NCBI GenBank assembly: GCA_964016885.1
Contig: OZ024743.1
Location: 68,076,001-68,140,000, forward strand
Length of the DNA stretch: 64,000 bases
Direction: 5' to 3'
From: Eledone cirrhosa
Taxonomy: Eukaryota
In this document: positions 42,201-57,277 of the stretch, piece after piece
Layout of the letters: the number at the start of each line of letters is the position of its first letter
Position numbering within the stretch: the stretch's first letter is position 1
Notes under the pieces: model-generated
Seen by the model: the letters and a program-made list of their open reading frames with translations, nothing else
What the model was told of the DNA's origin: nothing
The model's database searches: none
Translations under genes and position numbers: made by a program

Positions 42201-42300
42201 ACACCAGTGGCCAACCTATACAGGCTGGAGATAAAATGTGTAGCAACAAGGGCGGTGCCCCAACATGGCCTCAGCCTGATGGCTGAAACAGGTAAAAGAG
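39297..42300 (+). mobile_element. CR1-group LINE ORF2 (APE + RT), 5'-truncated, frameshifted
   Basis: LNETHL, GGVALY, YRPP, GDFNLP, LDLCFTN, SDH; NYRPVSLTS, QHGFRPGRSC, LDFAKAFDKVDH, PQGTVLGP, YADDTK; LYSLERRRER; 3' stem-loop tcagcc-tgat-ggctga. Confidence 0.92.
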
Positions 42301-42303
42301 TAT

Positions 42304-42384
<81 letters not shown>

Positions 42385-42436
42385 TATATATATAAATGTA
42401 TGTATATATATATTTATATGTATATATATATATATG

Positions 42437-42512
<76 letters not shown>

Positions 42513-42633
42513 TATATATATGTAAATATATATATATATTCGCAGAAATAGCCGTCGAAACGGCTTGAGCTCTGCCGTCGGTGTCTTACCTTTTCCTATA
42601 TATATATAATATATGCAAATATATATAATATAT

Positions 42634-42688
<55 letters not shown>

Positions 42689-42728
42689 GATATATACACA
42701 TATATATATATTTACATATATATATATA

Positions 42729-42789
<61 letters not shown>

Positions 42790-43872
42790 TTGTATATATT
42801 ATATACATTTGTATGTGTGTGTATTCAGAGAGAGATAGAGACAGACGGAGTGTTAGATAAATAGATAAATAGACAGATACATAGATAGACTGAGGGAGAT
42901 GTAATATATATGTGTGTGTGGTGTATATATATTCTTATATTTTGGTTGTTTGGTATTTCACTAGTTTTTCACAGATCAACGGTTGAAGTATTTCTGCTCG
43001 ATTTCCTTCAGTTTTATTTTCTAGCCCAATCAGCTTTTTATCCGTCTCTTTTCGGCTTTAGTCGACTTTACTCGTGCAAACATCATCGGAGAGAGCCAAG
43101 CGAACACTGGACGCCATGGCCTGTGAGATAAGATCTATCCGCTCAATGGTTTTCCTGTCTCCACGCACGAAAGATGTAAGCAAAATAAAGGGAGATAACT
43201 GCAAAAGCTAAACAAGCGTCAGGTCTTTATACAAATTTTAGATCATCTCTTGAAGTTTGGCAATTGCTGAAGCGAATCTTCAAAATTGAATACTATATCT
43301 GTATGCTTGTGCATGTATATATATATATATATATATATATGCATACATACTCGCTTGAATGTATATACATTCATTCACACGCATATACGTATGTATAATA
43401 TATATATTTATATATGCCTGGGTATCTATATATATATGTTTGTGTGTGTGAAAGAGAGTAAGAAAGAGATCGGGAGGGAGAGAGAAAGAAAGAGAGATAT
43501 AGAGTGTGATATTTTAAATGTGTGAAAAATGACACACAGGCAGATATCACATTGTTGCATGAAGACATTTTTGGAATCTTTTAATAAAATACCAGTGTCA
43601 TGATGTGGCATGACATTTATATTTTACACAGGTGCATACTTACAATAACAGCGCCACAATAACCGACAATAATGACAAGCAATATATATACATATAAACA
43701 CACACACACTAACACGCTCTCACACACACTTACACACACATACAAACACCCTCAATCACACACTTATACACACACACATACACACTTACACGCACACACC
43801 GACACGCACGCACCGACAGACACACAGACACGCACATATTCACATATAAATATACATTATATTATATATTAT

Positions 43873-44058
43873 AAGGCGGTAGATTGGCAGTATCGGTAGA
43901 GGGTCGGACGCCATTCTTTGACGCATGGAGTTACGGCCCTTGCCATTCTGAGTTCAAATCCCGCCGAGGTTATCTTTGCCTTTCATCCTTACGGGGTCGA
44001 TAAAATAAAGTAATTTACTGGATAATTGCTGGCCTTGTTTCAATAGTAGAAACAATTA
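43873..44058 (+). mobile_element. tRNA-derived SINE
   Basis: Full-length match to 1836-2027. Confidence 0.88.
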
Positions 44059-44088
44059 TATTATATATTATATTATTATATTACATTA

Positions 44089-44720
44089 CTAGCAGTAAAG
44101 CCCGGCGTTGCTCGGGGCTGCTCAGTAGCTGTGTTCAAGTTACAATGTGAAGTTCCTTTCTTGGCTTAAAAACTGTAGAGTCTACAATGTAGACTTTCCT
44201 GTGGTACTTTTGATTATTATTCCCTCAACCAACAGCATGCCTTATGAAGTTAAGAAAACGTAACCATAACCTGAATGTTAAAACAAAAGAGGATGATGGG
44301 GTTAAAAACGGCACTGGTAATCTATTAACAAAAATCGAAAATGTAAACACTGCAACACTTGTCTCAGAAATAAACATCAGCGTAACCAAACTATCAGTTA
44401 TTTTGAAACAAATAAATTGGATGGACATGAAAAACAAAGGAAAAATGCAATTTCATCGCCTATCACCTCTCTGCACGACTGTCTGTCTGCACAACTTTAT
44501 CGCCTATATCACCTCTCTGCACGACTGTCTGTCTGCACAACTTTATCGCCTATAGCTGTAAAGCCCAGCGTTGCTCGGGGCTGCTCAGTAGCTGTGTTAA
44601 TGTTACAATGTTAAGTTCCTTTCACATTCATCTGTAGAACAAACGTAGCCAATGTGTCAAATTTTGTGAAAATCGGTTGCGAACTCCAGAAGTTATGACA
44701 TTTTGTTGCATTGCATTGCA
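44089..44720 (-). mobile_element. Helitron-like element with duplicated 3' terminus
   Basis: Minus-strand hairpin cccgagcaacgccggg + CTAG|T at 44089, repeated at ~44552-44622; internal 38 nt tandem 44455-44553. Confidence 0.6.
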
Positions 44721-45129
44721 GTGCTTCAGTCGACTCCAAGGAAGTGGTTAAATGGGGTTATCTGCGGAGAGGCCCTATAATCATTATCTGGAAAAATGAA
44801 AGTGCCCATGACCATCCGGAGTACATAAGTAAAGTTTGGTGAAAATACTGTAGAAATGCATAAGGTTTACACACATACACACGCGCTCGCGTGTGTTTGT
44901 GTGTGTGTATGAATTTGTGTGTGCGTATGTATATGTATGTGTATGTCCGTCGGCGCATACGTATGTACTTGCCAAAATCTTCACTATTTACTTTTACTAT
45001 TTTAAGGCAAAGTTAAAATCCCGTCGAGGTTAACTTTTCCTTTCATCCTTACGGGGTTGATAAAATAAAGTACCAGTAATGTACTGGTTAATTGATGGCC
45101 TTGTGCCAAAAGTAGAAACAACTATTTTA

Positions 45130-45479
45130 ATAACCTCTGCCATTTTCGTTTACAATTTTATTTACATCATTCTTAAACTCCGGCGCTGGAAATCATTCGG
45201 TTATTTTAAATAGAATATTAGTTTAACGACTCCATTTATTCCATAAACTTGGTCTTGTCTTTGTATGAAATTGTTCTTCCCGGTCCACATAACGACGTAT
45301 TATCCTCGCTTTTTTTCCGTTTATTACCACGGAACGTCTTCACGACCAAAATATCGTCTTCCTGTTTTCCTTCGGTTGCAACGTTTCTCGAAATATTTAA
45401 TACTGCGTTCACAGATTGAATTTTTTAGTTTCAGAAGATCCCGTTAATGTTGAAAGCAGCGATTCTTTGCTTAAACTTT
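45130..45479 (+). mobile_element. Family B copy with CAGAAGA hammerhead-like motif (45412-45479)
   Basis: Homologous to 1405-1725. Confidence 0.65.
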
Positions 45480-45666
45480 CTTTCTTTCTCAATCCCTCTC
45501 CACTTTTCCTCATACCCTCTCTCTCTCTTTCTCTTTCTCTCTTCCGCTACAGAACGGAGAACAATAAAAACGCGCAGATCTCTCTCTCTCTCTCAGTCTT
45601 TATATATATATGTGTTTCTGTGTGTGTGAACCAGCGTTCGTCGCACTTCTCTCTCTCTCTCTCTCA

Positions 45667-45741
<75 letters not shown>

Positions 45742-45750
45742 ATTCTCACA

Positions 45751-45790
<40 letters not shown>

Positions 45791-46692
45791 GATTATCTTA
45801 TACCTCTCTCTGTATAACGACCTATCTCACTCTCTCTCTCTCTACATCTCCCTTTCTCTCTTTAGATGTATATGTATATGTGTGTGTGTGTGATATATAT
45901 AAATAGAGAGAGTTGCAACATGTATGTAGTTTCATAGATTTTTTTTCTTAGGGTAGTAGTGAGAGGAATTAAGCGTTTAAGAGAGAGGGTTACAGCATGT
46001 TTTATCGATTTTTTTCATAGAAGCAGGAAATCTTTCGCAAAGTTTCTTACGCGTTGACGATCCTTGCTAAATCTGGAGCACATTGGAAAATAAATCATCA
46101 AAATCGGTAGAGAAATGTGGAAATGCATAAAAATCATACACACACACAGACAAACATCTGGTGGGCGGTTTTCTGCTAGCAAATGTAGTCTATATACTGA
46201 TATTGTTGAGATTTGGATGAGAAATGTTTTCGGCACCACATGTTCACCGTCTCTCGGTGTGTCTTTTATGCATGTATAAATATATATCTTACCTATACGG
46301 TGAAATATTTGAAATAAATATATGTTAAAACGAAAAAGGAGAAAAAGAGATTAGTAACGGAAATATAAACGTTATGATACATAAACGTTATGATATAACG
46401 ATGGAAATATATCTTCAAATGGTCCTTGGCATGGTGTTAAGTCAGAACCGCCTCGAACTGGTTACTTCTGGCTTGTGCAAGGTGTCTCTATAGCAACCAA
46501 CGATTCCCTCGGGCTCAGTGACCAAAGTCAGTGGAAAGGGGAAGGTAATGTTTCTATAGCGACAGTGTTTTTCTTGGTAGTACCAAAGTGGAGAAAGGAA
46601 GGGGGAGGTAATATTTCTGTAGCACCTACATTTGAGTTTTAGGGAAGAACAGACAGACAGACAGACAAACAGAGAAATGCCCATATATTTCC

Positions 46693-46748
<56 letters not shown>

Positions 46749-47005
46749 CACACACAGAAATGTATATATATTTATGTGTGTGCGTTTATATATATATATA
46801 TTACACACACAGAAATGTATATATATTTATGTGTGTGCGTTTATATATATATATATTACACACACAGAAATGTATATATATTTCTTAGAACAAAATTATT
46901 ATTAATGTTTTGCTGTTCATAACAATTGGAATCGAAAAATTACTTTTGAAATTATTAGTTATTTTACTAATGTTTAGACATGTAAGAATGAAGCAATGTT
47001 TCTAA

Positions 47006-47196
47006 TAATTGTTTCTACTTTTGGCACAAGGGCAGCAATTACCCAGTACATTACTGGTACTTTATTTTGTCGACCCCGTGAGGATGAAAGGCAAAGTTAA
47101 CCTCGGTGGTATTAGAACTCAGACCGTGAAGGGACGTAACTCCATGATATGAAGCATGGTGTCCGACTCTCTACAGATTCTGCCAATCCACCGCCC
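47006..47196 (-). mobile_element. tRNA-derived SINE
   Basis: Full reverse-complement match. Confidence 0.85.
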
Positions 47197-47893
47197 TAAT
47201 GTATGTACGTAATGAGGGAGTGAGAGGGGAGAGAAAGAAAGGCAGAGGTGAAGTGACGAAGTGACTCTCTCCTCCTCCTCCTCCATCTCCCCATTCGTCA
47301 CAGCGATAGAGGGGAGGAATGTTAGTGTGTTACAAAGAGAAAGAGTGAGAGGGAGAGAAACAGACAGACTAAAAGAGAGGGATAGCTGGAGAGAGAGAGA
47401 GAGACAGCAACCACGCGCGCACGTGTTTCCACTGTCGGAGAGACAGACAGAGAAATTGCTGGTTATATATTATAAGGAGATATTATAACGTCATTTGTGA
47501 AGATGTGTGGCTGTGTGGTTAGTGAGTTGGATTCGCAAAACCTGAGGTTGTGAGTTCGATTCCTAGACCGGCCAAAGCGCTATGTTCTTGAGCAAGACAC
47601 CTTATTTCAGCTTGCTCCTTCTGACTGTATTTGCGACATGTAGATAGTATTAGAAATGTTTAAAACCACAGGAAAGGTTGTTTTTCCGGTTTGATTCGAT
47701 GACCTTCACCCCACACGTTAAGCGAATGAGGTTTACGTTGTTAATGATCGACTGTCGTCATTGTATTATATTATATTAAGTTTCCGTATTGCCTTTTATG
47801 CATACACAAAAACACATACACATTTACACACGACGTATATATATACAGCACAAAAATACACCTTCATACATACATTATAAGCATACATACACG

Positions 47894-47925
<32 letters not shown>

Positions 47926-48106
47926 CTTCTTCTTCTTCTTCTTCTTCTTCTTCTTCTTCTTCTTCTTCTTCTTCTCCTCCTCCTTCTCCCCCCCCCCCCC
48001 CTCCTCCTCCCACTCTTCCCTCCTCCTCCTCCTCCTCCTACTCTTCATCTTCCTCCTCCTATTCATCCTCCCCCTCCTCTTCCTTCTTCTTCTTCTTCTT
48101 CTTCTT

Positions 48107-48136
<30 letters not shown>

Positions 48137-48137
<1 letters not shown>

Positions 48138-48720
48138 GAGTCGTGTGTGTGTGTGTGAAGGGGCGGGAGGGGTTATCCTCAAACACTCCTTCGAGCGCGA
48201 GACCAGCCAAGCTCTTTTCGGGGTCTATACCTGGGCATATCCAACAATCTTGTCGTGGTCTACACCTGGGTCACACCTCGGTTGGATTTGCCCTTAAAAT
48301 CTGTCCATTGATTCGTTTCTGAGACATTCTAAGCACATTCCCCTAGTATACGAGCAATTCCGAGAAGTAGCTGCTCTACCTGGAGTGACACCTTGATCTC
48401 TGAGAAACGCACTCTGCCGAGTAACATAATTCGTTACTTGAAATTGATTCTTCAAATCTCAAAAAAAAGGTTAACTGTTAGTTACTACGATAATAGTATC
48501 ACGAGCATCCACCAATACGCATCAACCACATGACTGTTGTTTGCTGACGCCGATATACCAGTATGAAAGAGAGCAATCACAGCATATCGATCTTTTCATG
48601 CATTCGGTTATACACCGTAATCCCGGAGTCTCGTTCCATATACAGTATATTCATAAAGTGAAAATTATACGGTTCGTGTTTCTCTTTCTATAGGCAATCT
48701 TCTCAAAACGACTATCCACA
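48137..48720 (-). mobile_element. Decayed LINE 3' end (RTE-like) with (AAG)n tail
   Basis: Faint RP.GRPR-like C-terminal coding remnant followed by (GAA)n on the minus strand. Confidence 0.35.
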
Positions 48721-48756
48721 AATATAATAACACACACACATATATATATATATATA

Positions 48757-49352
<596 letters not shown>

Positions 49353-49415
49353 GTAAATATCATAATAATGGAGCTGCGGCGCTGCAAGTGGGTTACATAT
49401 GAAAAAGTTTGTCCT

Positions 49416-49447
<32 letters not shown>

Positions 49448-50071
49448 GGGATAACAAGTTATCGTTATAGGTGTTCCACTTAGAGGTAGTTCAGTTAGAT
49501 TACTCCGTGCTGTGGATAGTTTTAACGTGCGGCTTCGTTTGACTCAACAAGACGTTTATATACTTATATAACGTTTATATATATATTGTTATACTTTGGG
49601 AGGGTCATGTTGCCAATAAGAAACACACGCACAAGTTGCTTTCACTTCAATTTATTATAATAAATTTATAAATTTAGGAATTTATAAATTTCGGTTTGGT
49701 TGGTTGGTTCCACAACCAGATAGTTGTTTATATATTGTCAAAGTTCTTTCGTCACACATTCTGTGACCTCTTCTGTGACTGGGGATTATTTTCTTTGTTT
49801 TTGTGCCTCTCCTTTGTTCTGTCCTACGCCATTTTGTTTCTGTGTGTGTGTTGTGTGCTCAGTCTGCGCATGCGACACATCCGGGTGTCTGTGTGTGTTT
49901 ATATTCGTTTATTTATTTGTTTATTTACATGTTACTAGTTGGTTGTTTGTTCTATGTGCATGTGTGTTTTCATTTTGTCCTTAATTGTAAGTTGCTGTTC
50001 CACTCATATTTTCTATTTAATTTTGGTTGTAATTCTTTTATGTTTATTGCCTCTGTGATTTGTCTAAACAA

Positions 50072-50240
50072 TGGACAGATGGAACATAAGGCACCAGAGT
50101 ACTCAATACTTAGGGTAGTAGAGTGGGTAATAAGAAAATGTTTGACCCCGACGGTGGAGCCGAAGCCGTTTCGACGGTTATTTCTGGACTGAAATAGCGG
50201 TCGAAACAGCTTGCGCTCTGCCGTCGGGGTCAAACATTTT

Positions 50241-50318
<78 letters not shown>

Positions 50319-50396
50319 TCTGACGAGCGATTGCAATACTCTTGGCAGAGTTTGCAGCCATCATATATATATATCAATATATATATATATATTACT

Positions 50397-50462
<66 letters not shown>

Positions 50463-50654
50463 ATATACCAAAGGAAGTGTGGTAAGGTACTAGGTGTACC
50501 ATAACGCAGCAGAGTACTCGATACTTTGGGTTATAGGAAAAGAGTCAGAACCCCGACGGCGGACCTCAAGCCGTTTCGACAGCTATTTCAGTCCAGAAAG
50601 AAAAAGCTCTCAATGCGGCTTGAACTCTGCCGTCGGGGTTCTGACTCTTTTCCT
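50072..50654 (-). mobile_element. Two further family A copies, each with its own fold-back (50072-50244, 50468-50654)
   Basis: Homology to 187-377. Confidence 0.7.
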
Positions 50655-51361
50655 ATATATATATATATGTGTATATATATATATATATATATACACACAC
50701 ATATATGTATGTGTCTGTGTGTGTGTTTGTGTGACTGTGTAAGTGAAATATACATATAAGTATGTATATATATATATATATATATATTCCGAACATTCAG
50801 CACAAACAATTCAATATAAAAGCGCACCAGAAGACACACCACATAAGTTTTCAGATCTTTATTTAGAATTGATGTCAAAGAGTGCATTGTAGTTATGAAC
50901 TGATGTCTCTGATGACACAACTGCTTCTCCACCTACAACTTTCTCACTTTTTATCTATTTAATTAGCTAGAAAACCGGAAACTAATTTTATGGATCTTGC
51001 AGCGTTCTATATATATTTATAAGATGCTGCATTCATACATATTATCATTCTCATGCGTACTGTTACACAAGCATATATATACATACATATACATACATAT
51101 ACATATATAAACACAGATAAACACAGTTAAAGACACATACACTCACACATACTACACACACACTACACAGTACATAGGCAGTCACAAATAGAGAGAAACA
51201 CGCAACCTATGCAGATTGTATTATAACTATATGCATATATATATATAAGTATATATATATATATATATGTAGGAGGTGAGTTTTATTGTAGCACAATAAA
51301 GCAATGCAAATATCGGATCAGTAACACTTAACAGTTTATAGGACTGGAGTATAAAGAATAC

Positions 51362-52346
51362 AAGATCAAAAGATGGTTAAAAGAGTTCCAAGTATTTTAT
51401 TATGCGCATTTCAAAAACAAATATCATCATGGGATGATATTTGCGTTCTCATCAGATAAAATAGGGAGACATGATATGGAGCTTAAAAAACACTTGTGAG
51501 CAGTGAAGTATTAAATCAACATATTCTTGGCCATACAAACTATATTTTTTTAATATACAATAATATTACCATTAGTACATTTTTGTAAACATATATACTT
51601 GTTGACGTTATATATTTTTTCCTCCTTAAATTTTCCCTCTTTCTTCTCTCCTTCCGTGCTCGTATTAAACCTATTATTTACTTGTACATATTACAATACA
51701 TAAAAACAAACTTAAACCCTAACTAATTCCTCTAAGTTCATAATTCATTTAATCTCTCCTTTTTTCACATTGTATCCTGAATATCCTTAATATTTTTATT
51801 TTAATAATACATATTAATAAATTCTTTTTTTCGCACATATTATTAAACCCTTCAATATATAAACCTTAAATAAATACTATTCTTAATTCATTTTTCTTTA
51901 ATCATAAACATCACCATTCATAAACCTCATTAACTTTTAATTTCAAGATCTTTTAAAATTATATATCATCTTTCAACGGTTTTTTAATTTCTTTCTGTCA
52001 GACAATGTTTTCTCAGTTGTAAAGGCTATTTATCTCTGTCTATCACTCATTTCTCCTCCTCTCACATCCTTCCTTCTTATACTCCTCCCCCGTCATCCTT
52101 TATTTTCTTTCTTACTCTTCCTTACCTCCCCCCCCCCTCATTTTTTTCCAACCTCATATATATATCCATCTTACATTATTTCTCATATGTTGATTTAACA
52201 CTTCACTTTTTGCAAGTGATTTTTAAGCTTCATATCATGTCTCCCTATTTTATCTGATGAGAACGCAAAAATCATCCCATGATGATATTTGTTTTTTAAA
52301 TGCGCATAATAACATACTTGGAACTCTTTTAACCATCTTTTGATCT

Positions 52347-52348
<2 letters not shown>
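51362..52348. mobile_element. ~1 kb element with ~160 bp inverted ends, each containing a hammerhead
   Basis: Minus 51393-51463: tattttat CTGATGA gaacg CAAATATCATC-ccat-GATGATATTTG ttttt GAAA tgcgca TA ataaaata. Plus copy 52246-52316 has GAAA mutated to TAAA. Confidence 0.8.
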
Positions 52349-52383
<35 letters not shown>

Positions 52384-52398
52384 CATACATACACACCC

Positions 52399-52437
<39 letters not shown>

Positions 52438-52452
52438 CATACATACACACCC

Positions 52453-52505
<53 letters not shown>

Positions 52506-52526
52506 CATACATACACACCCGTGTAT

Positions 52527-52586
<60 letters not shown>

Positions 52587-53544
52587 TCATATATATACAG
52601 TGACTTACGTAATTTTACATATTCTATTTTCTTGTGTTTTATTTTCTCTTTTTCACATTCTCTTCCTCTTCACACTCTGATGCAACCACACATATACACA
52701 AACACACTCACACAGAAATGATCACACACACGCACTCAGACACACTTACACACACACACATACTCTCACATAAAGCCAGTGTTCTCATTTTAGTACAACG
52801 TTAATTGTAATTGCTCTCCATTAGATTTTTACCAGGGGTGAAACAGCAGGTAAGAGCAGGAAGTATTATTGATAGTGTACTTGTAATAAATGGACAAAGG
52901 TAAAATAAAGGGAAATAAATGGAGGCGTGTGATCTAGTGTTAGAGTATTAGACATCAGATTTTAAAGACATCAGAATATTAAGTATTAGATATCAGATCA
53001 TAATGCCGTGGGTTCGATTCTCAGCAGGGTTGTGTGTTGTGTTTTTGAGAGAAAAAAACAAACATTTTATTTCACGTTGCTCCAGTATATGAAAATGGCT
53101 GCCAGCAATAGTTGGAGAGGGGCTGGTTAACCATGCGAGTTAGAGTTTCATCCTGGCGTCTTGTCCAGAGGGAACTCTTGTACTCTAAGTCACTTCACGC
53201 CTAAAAACGGGGATAAACACCTGGCTTGACACAGACTTAGGACATACACTACTGACTTTAACCAGTTTTACAGCAATATATATAAAATAGACACATTGAG
53301 TATATAGACAATTCATATTTGCCTAAATCCCTGTAAATTATTGAAATTATGTAGCTTATCATTCGATTTTAGACCCTAAAAAAGTGTTACCCTCACAAAA
53401 TAGGGATGGAAATTTGATAACTATTTCATGCATGGGGGCCTACTAAGCAGTTGCTTTCTGTCTCAGTCAATGATTCCTTTAACAAATTATTATTTTGGAA
53501 CAATGCTGGCAATCTGAAGCTAGAAAGTAAGTAGATGGAACAAA

Positions 53545-53654
53545 TAATTGTTTCTACTTTTTGGCGGGATTTGAACTCAGTCCGTAAAGGGAAGTAACTC
53601 TTTGCTGCAAAACATGGCGTCCGACCCTCTACTGATACTGCCAATCCACCGCCC
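53545..53654 (-). mobile_element. tRNA-derived SINE with internal deletion
   Basis: Head joined directly to tail. Confidence 0.75.
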
Positions 53655-54216
53655 TAAATAATGCTAGGCATTTATATGACTCTACCATTACTCTTCCCCT
53701 TACTTTAACAAAATTATATTGTTCTAATTTAGTGACGAGTCCTACAATATACAACGAAGAGAATTTGCGATTATATCGACACCACTTTTTGATATATTCT
53801 ATATTTTATCAACCACAAAGTATGAAATGCAATGTTATACCGTCAGCAGAAACTGAACTGAGAATGTAAAGTTCTGAAACGACGCACTAATATCTCTGCT
53901 AATCGAAATATATATGCTGTATGATTCGGGAGTGTTGTTGTTGTTTCAATTATACCAGTCACGGAGTACAATAAACCATCCATATTTATCTGTTCCGGTT
54001 CGTTCGGTATTTCATGAACATAAGGCCCTAAATTTTCTCTTGTTTATAGAAAGAATGTCATGTGAAATAAGCTATGTGTTGGCAGAATATTGAGTTAATT
54101 ACTAAAAAAAAACATGTTGCTTGTAATACAGTCTAAATTTATGAGAAATGAATGAAAGAAGCGTATGCATTACTCTGAATCCTTTATTGTTATATTCTAA
54201 AGACTCATGGACAGAT

Positions 54217-54248
<32 letters not shown>

Positions 54249-54269
54249 TTATATGATGCCATCACTTGA

Positions 54270-56150
54270 TATTTAAACATGAGCATCGTGTGGTTTTTTA
54301 GTCCTGCTAGGGACTTGCCTATGGCCAGCAATACCATGCTTCGCAAAAAATGTCACAATTTTTTTTTAAGGGAGGAAAAGCTTATCATTGTGGCGCCTGC
54401 ATTCTTTTTCCGCAAGGCACTCACTTTTCCCACCTTCTTTCTAGAGAGTCTACATGTCCGAGTGTCAGAAGTTTTGTAGATATGATACTTCGGCTAAACC
54501 GGCTTTAATTAGTTCGCTTTAAATCATTTTGATTAAGCCGTGTCCTTCATGTTTTATCTTTGAAGATTTATGTATTACTTTCAAACTGCCCGTGCCTTCC
54601 CATTTCGAGAATATCTTATTTTCTCTTCTATTCAAATATTTGGTCAAACACTTCCTTGCCAACCATTTCATCAACATTTACACCCATGTTTGTGCTGCAT
54701 TTTGCAACAACACTTCCTCATCATTAATCAAATATTATGCATGCATCTTTCTCCTTTCACTCATTATACAATAAGCCACACTGATGAGATTTCTGCCACC
54801 ATTCTTTCTCTTCATGTACATCCTGTTTGTATTTGCTTTAAGATGTGAATCTCCGTACTATGTAATTAAATTGCTTGTCTTCCTATCCGACTTAGCTATT
54901 TCTTCTTCAGACTACCTGGAAATAAACACACTATGTCTAACGAGTGCGACCGCTCAGATATTCATTGCAGTGGCAAGATTTCTCGCATTCAGGATTTATT
55001 TTAAAATCACTTTTCCTGTTTTAAATATGCGTCTAAACGTTTCCTTCATTTCTGCATAAAAAAGATCATCCAATTGTAACATTCCCAAAGTCTTGTATAC
55101 ACAATCCTCCGGTTTTACTATAGTTTCTGCCACTGGCAGCCTTATTCCACTACGTGGTGCCTTTTCCCTCTTTTCATTTTGATAACAGAACATCTGGAGA
55201 TCCCAAATTCTATAACAATATCACTGCTACATATCTGCAGTTTTATCCAAATAATCTATCTGGTCTTCAGACTTCCCAAACAGCTTAAGATAATCCATAT
55301 TATAAACCCAATTACATTTCCTAAGTGCCAGGGATATAGGTAATAGTGCAATGACAAATAGTAATAGCTTCCAATGAGTCACCTTCGAAGATACACCTTT
55401 TAATTTCTACTTCTCCAAGGAATACACTGTTGGATAACAACTTGGTTGTCTCCTCTAGCCTACTATGGATATGAAAGTTATTTATGTTTGATGCAGTACC
55501 AAACATCTGCAGGCATTCAACAATACAAAAATAAGGCACCGAAACATAAGCTTTCTTAAAATCAATCCAGGCCATAAATATGTTGGTATGATGCTTTTTA
55601 TATTACTTCAAAATTGTGTTATCGATCACCAGGTGATCGTTGGTACCCTGAGATACATCCTTTTATTTTCCTTGCTAATGTTTCTTTCTGTTAAAGTAAA
55701 GTATATGCGCCCTCTGCAAATATTGCATTAAGAATTATGGTCAGATATGCTATAGGGCGGTAGTTTCTTCCATCATTCCCCAGAATTCTATATTTTATTA
55801 TAAACGTTCCTCTTCACGTCTTCACACAGTGATTCAATTGCGTTGCCAGTCTTTCATGAACCACATTGCATTTATTCAACAATAGTCATATATCCGGTCT
55901 GGATCGGGCGCTTTCCTTGTTATTACCTTCGCCACTTGAACCTCCACATTAACGTTACTTATGGTAATGATTCTCTCTCTATTTTCTCCCCTGAACCCTG
56001 CCTTGATCGTTTCTAGCTGCTTGATTCCGTTTCAATTTGTTTCCATTTTCCGGTAAACCATTGTTCAATTTTACTTAGATGTTGCCCTAACCTCATTATG
56101 TCCTGTTCCCATCGGCATTTCTACCACCGTTCCAACACATTTCTCCCGAA
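54270..56150 (-). mobile_element. Highly decayed R4/Dong-like non-LTR retrotransposon
   Basis: KAPDPD, NYRPIA, GTNDHLVID, MAWIDFKKAYVSVP, IFEGDSL, YMD, YKTLG remnants with many frameshifts. Confidence 0.65.
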
Positions 56151-56279
56151 TTTAGAGAACATGATCAAGTTAGCCAGCAACATTTCGACCGACCTTTAAT
56201 GACGTCACACTAGTGCAGGTTACTGTTGTAACCATTGCACAACAGTTCGTTGCCGGTGTCACAGGAATACGTATAATAT

Positions 56280-57199
56280 ATATATATAAAACTGAGGATG
56301 TCTATCTGTGTGTGTGAGTTTGAATCCCTAAAACTCGAGAACCACCCAACCGACTGTTTTCAAACTTTACACATGTAATACTTATATTGCAGGGAGTGTT
56401 CTGAGCAAAAAGCATTTCAAATTTTCAATGCCCTAGGGACGGCATTAGGCAATTTAGCGATCTCTCTCTATAAATATTAGTCTTTCTCTTTGTAGATTGA
56501 TACATACATATAACGTCGCTCCCTTATAATATCTGTCTGTATGTCTAGCTGACTGCATTACGTCACTTCCCTGAGGATGTCCGTCTGTGTGTGTGTGTGT
56601 CTGTGAGTTCGAATCCCTAAAACGCGAGAAGTACCCAACCGATGTTTTTCAAACTTTAAATGTGTATTACTTCTGGTTCAGGGAGTGTTATGCACATAAA
56701 GAAATTCAACATTTTGATCTCCTAGGGCCCGCATTAGGTGAAAAATTGCATTTAAAAAGCTTTTTAGGGATTTTTTGAGGCCTTACGTCAGACCGATTTC
56801 CCTGAAATTGTAACTATGTATTAGATAGTCATTTCTTCATACTGTGAGCAAAGAAAATCCAACTTTTTTATGGCCTAGGGCCCGCATTAGGTGAAAAACT
56901 TCATTTGTTCAGCTTTTTAGGGCTTTTTGGAGGCGTTACATCTAGCCGATTTTAGAGAAATTTCAAAGCATATTATGCACATACAAAAATTCCTTTTCTT
57001 GATACCCTAGGTGCATTAGGTGAAAACCTGCATTTGTCCTGCTTCATCGAGGAAAATCTCAAAGATTATCCAGCCATCAGAGTATTCGGTTTATTTTCTT
57101 AACATATTGTCCAGGCATGCAGTTTTTTCACGATTAGATCTGTTGGCGGCCCGCGTTCCAAAATACCTTATTCCGTGCAACGCCGGCTAGCACTGCTAG
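56280..57199 (+). mobile_element. Non-autonomous Helitron with internal tandem duplications
   Basis: 3' ccgtgcaacgccgg..actgCTAG|T; 56292-56570 is partly repeated from 56572; recurring cctagggcccgcattaggtgaaaa. Confidence 0.7.
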
Positions 57200-57245
57200 T
57201 ATTAAATATAATCAAGTAACTTATGTCTGAACGTTAATTTCACCC

Positions 57246-57273
<28 letters not shown>

Positions 57274-57277
<4 letters not shown>

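Noticed and set aside
43262-43298. CTGAAGC-GAA-tc-TTC-AAAA hammerhead-like string
   Set aside because: Two core changes and weak stems; compatible with chance.
50905-50935. CTGATGA motif
   Set aside because: No stem II or GAAA partner nearby.
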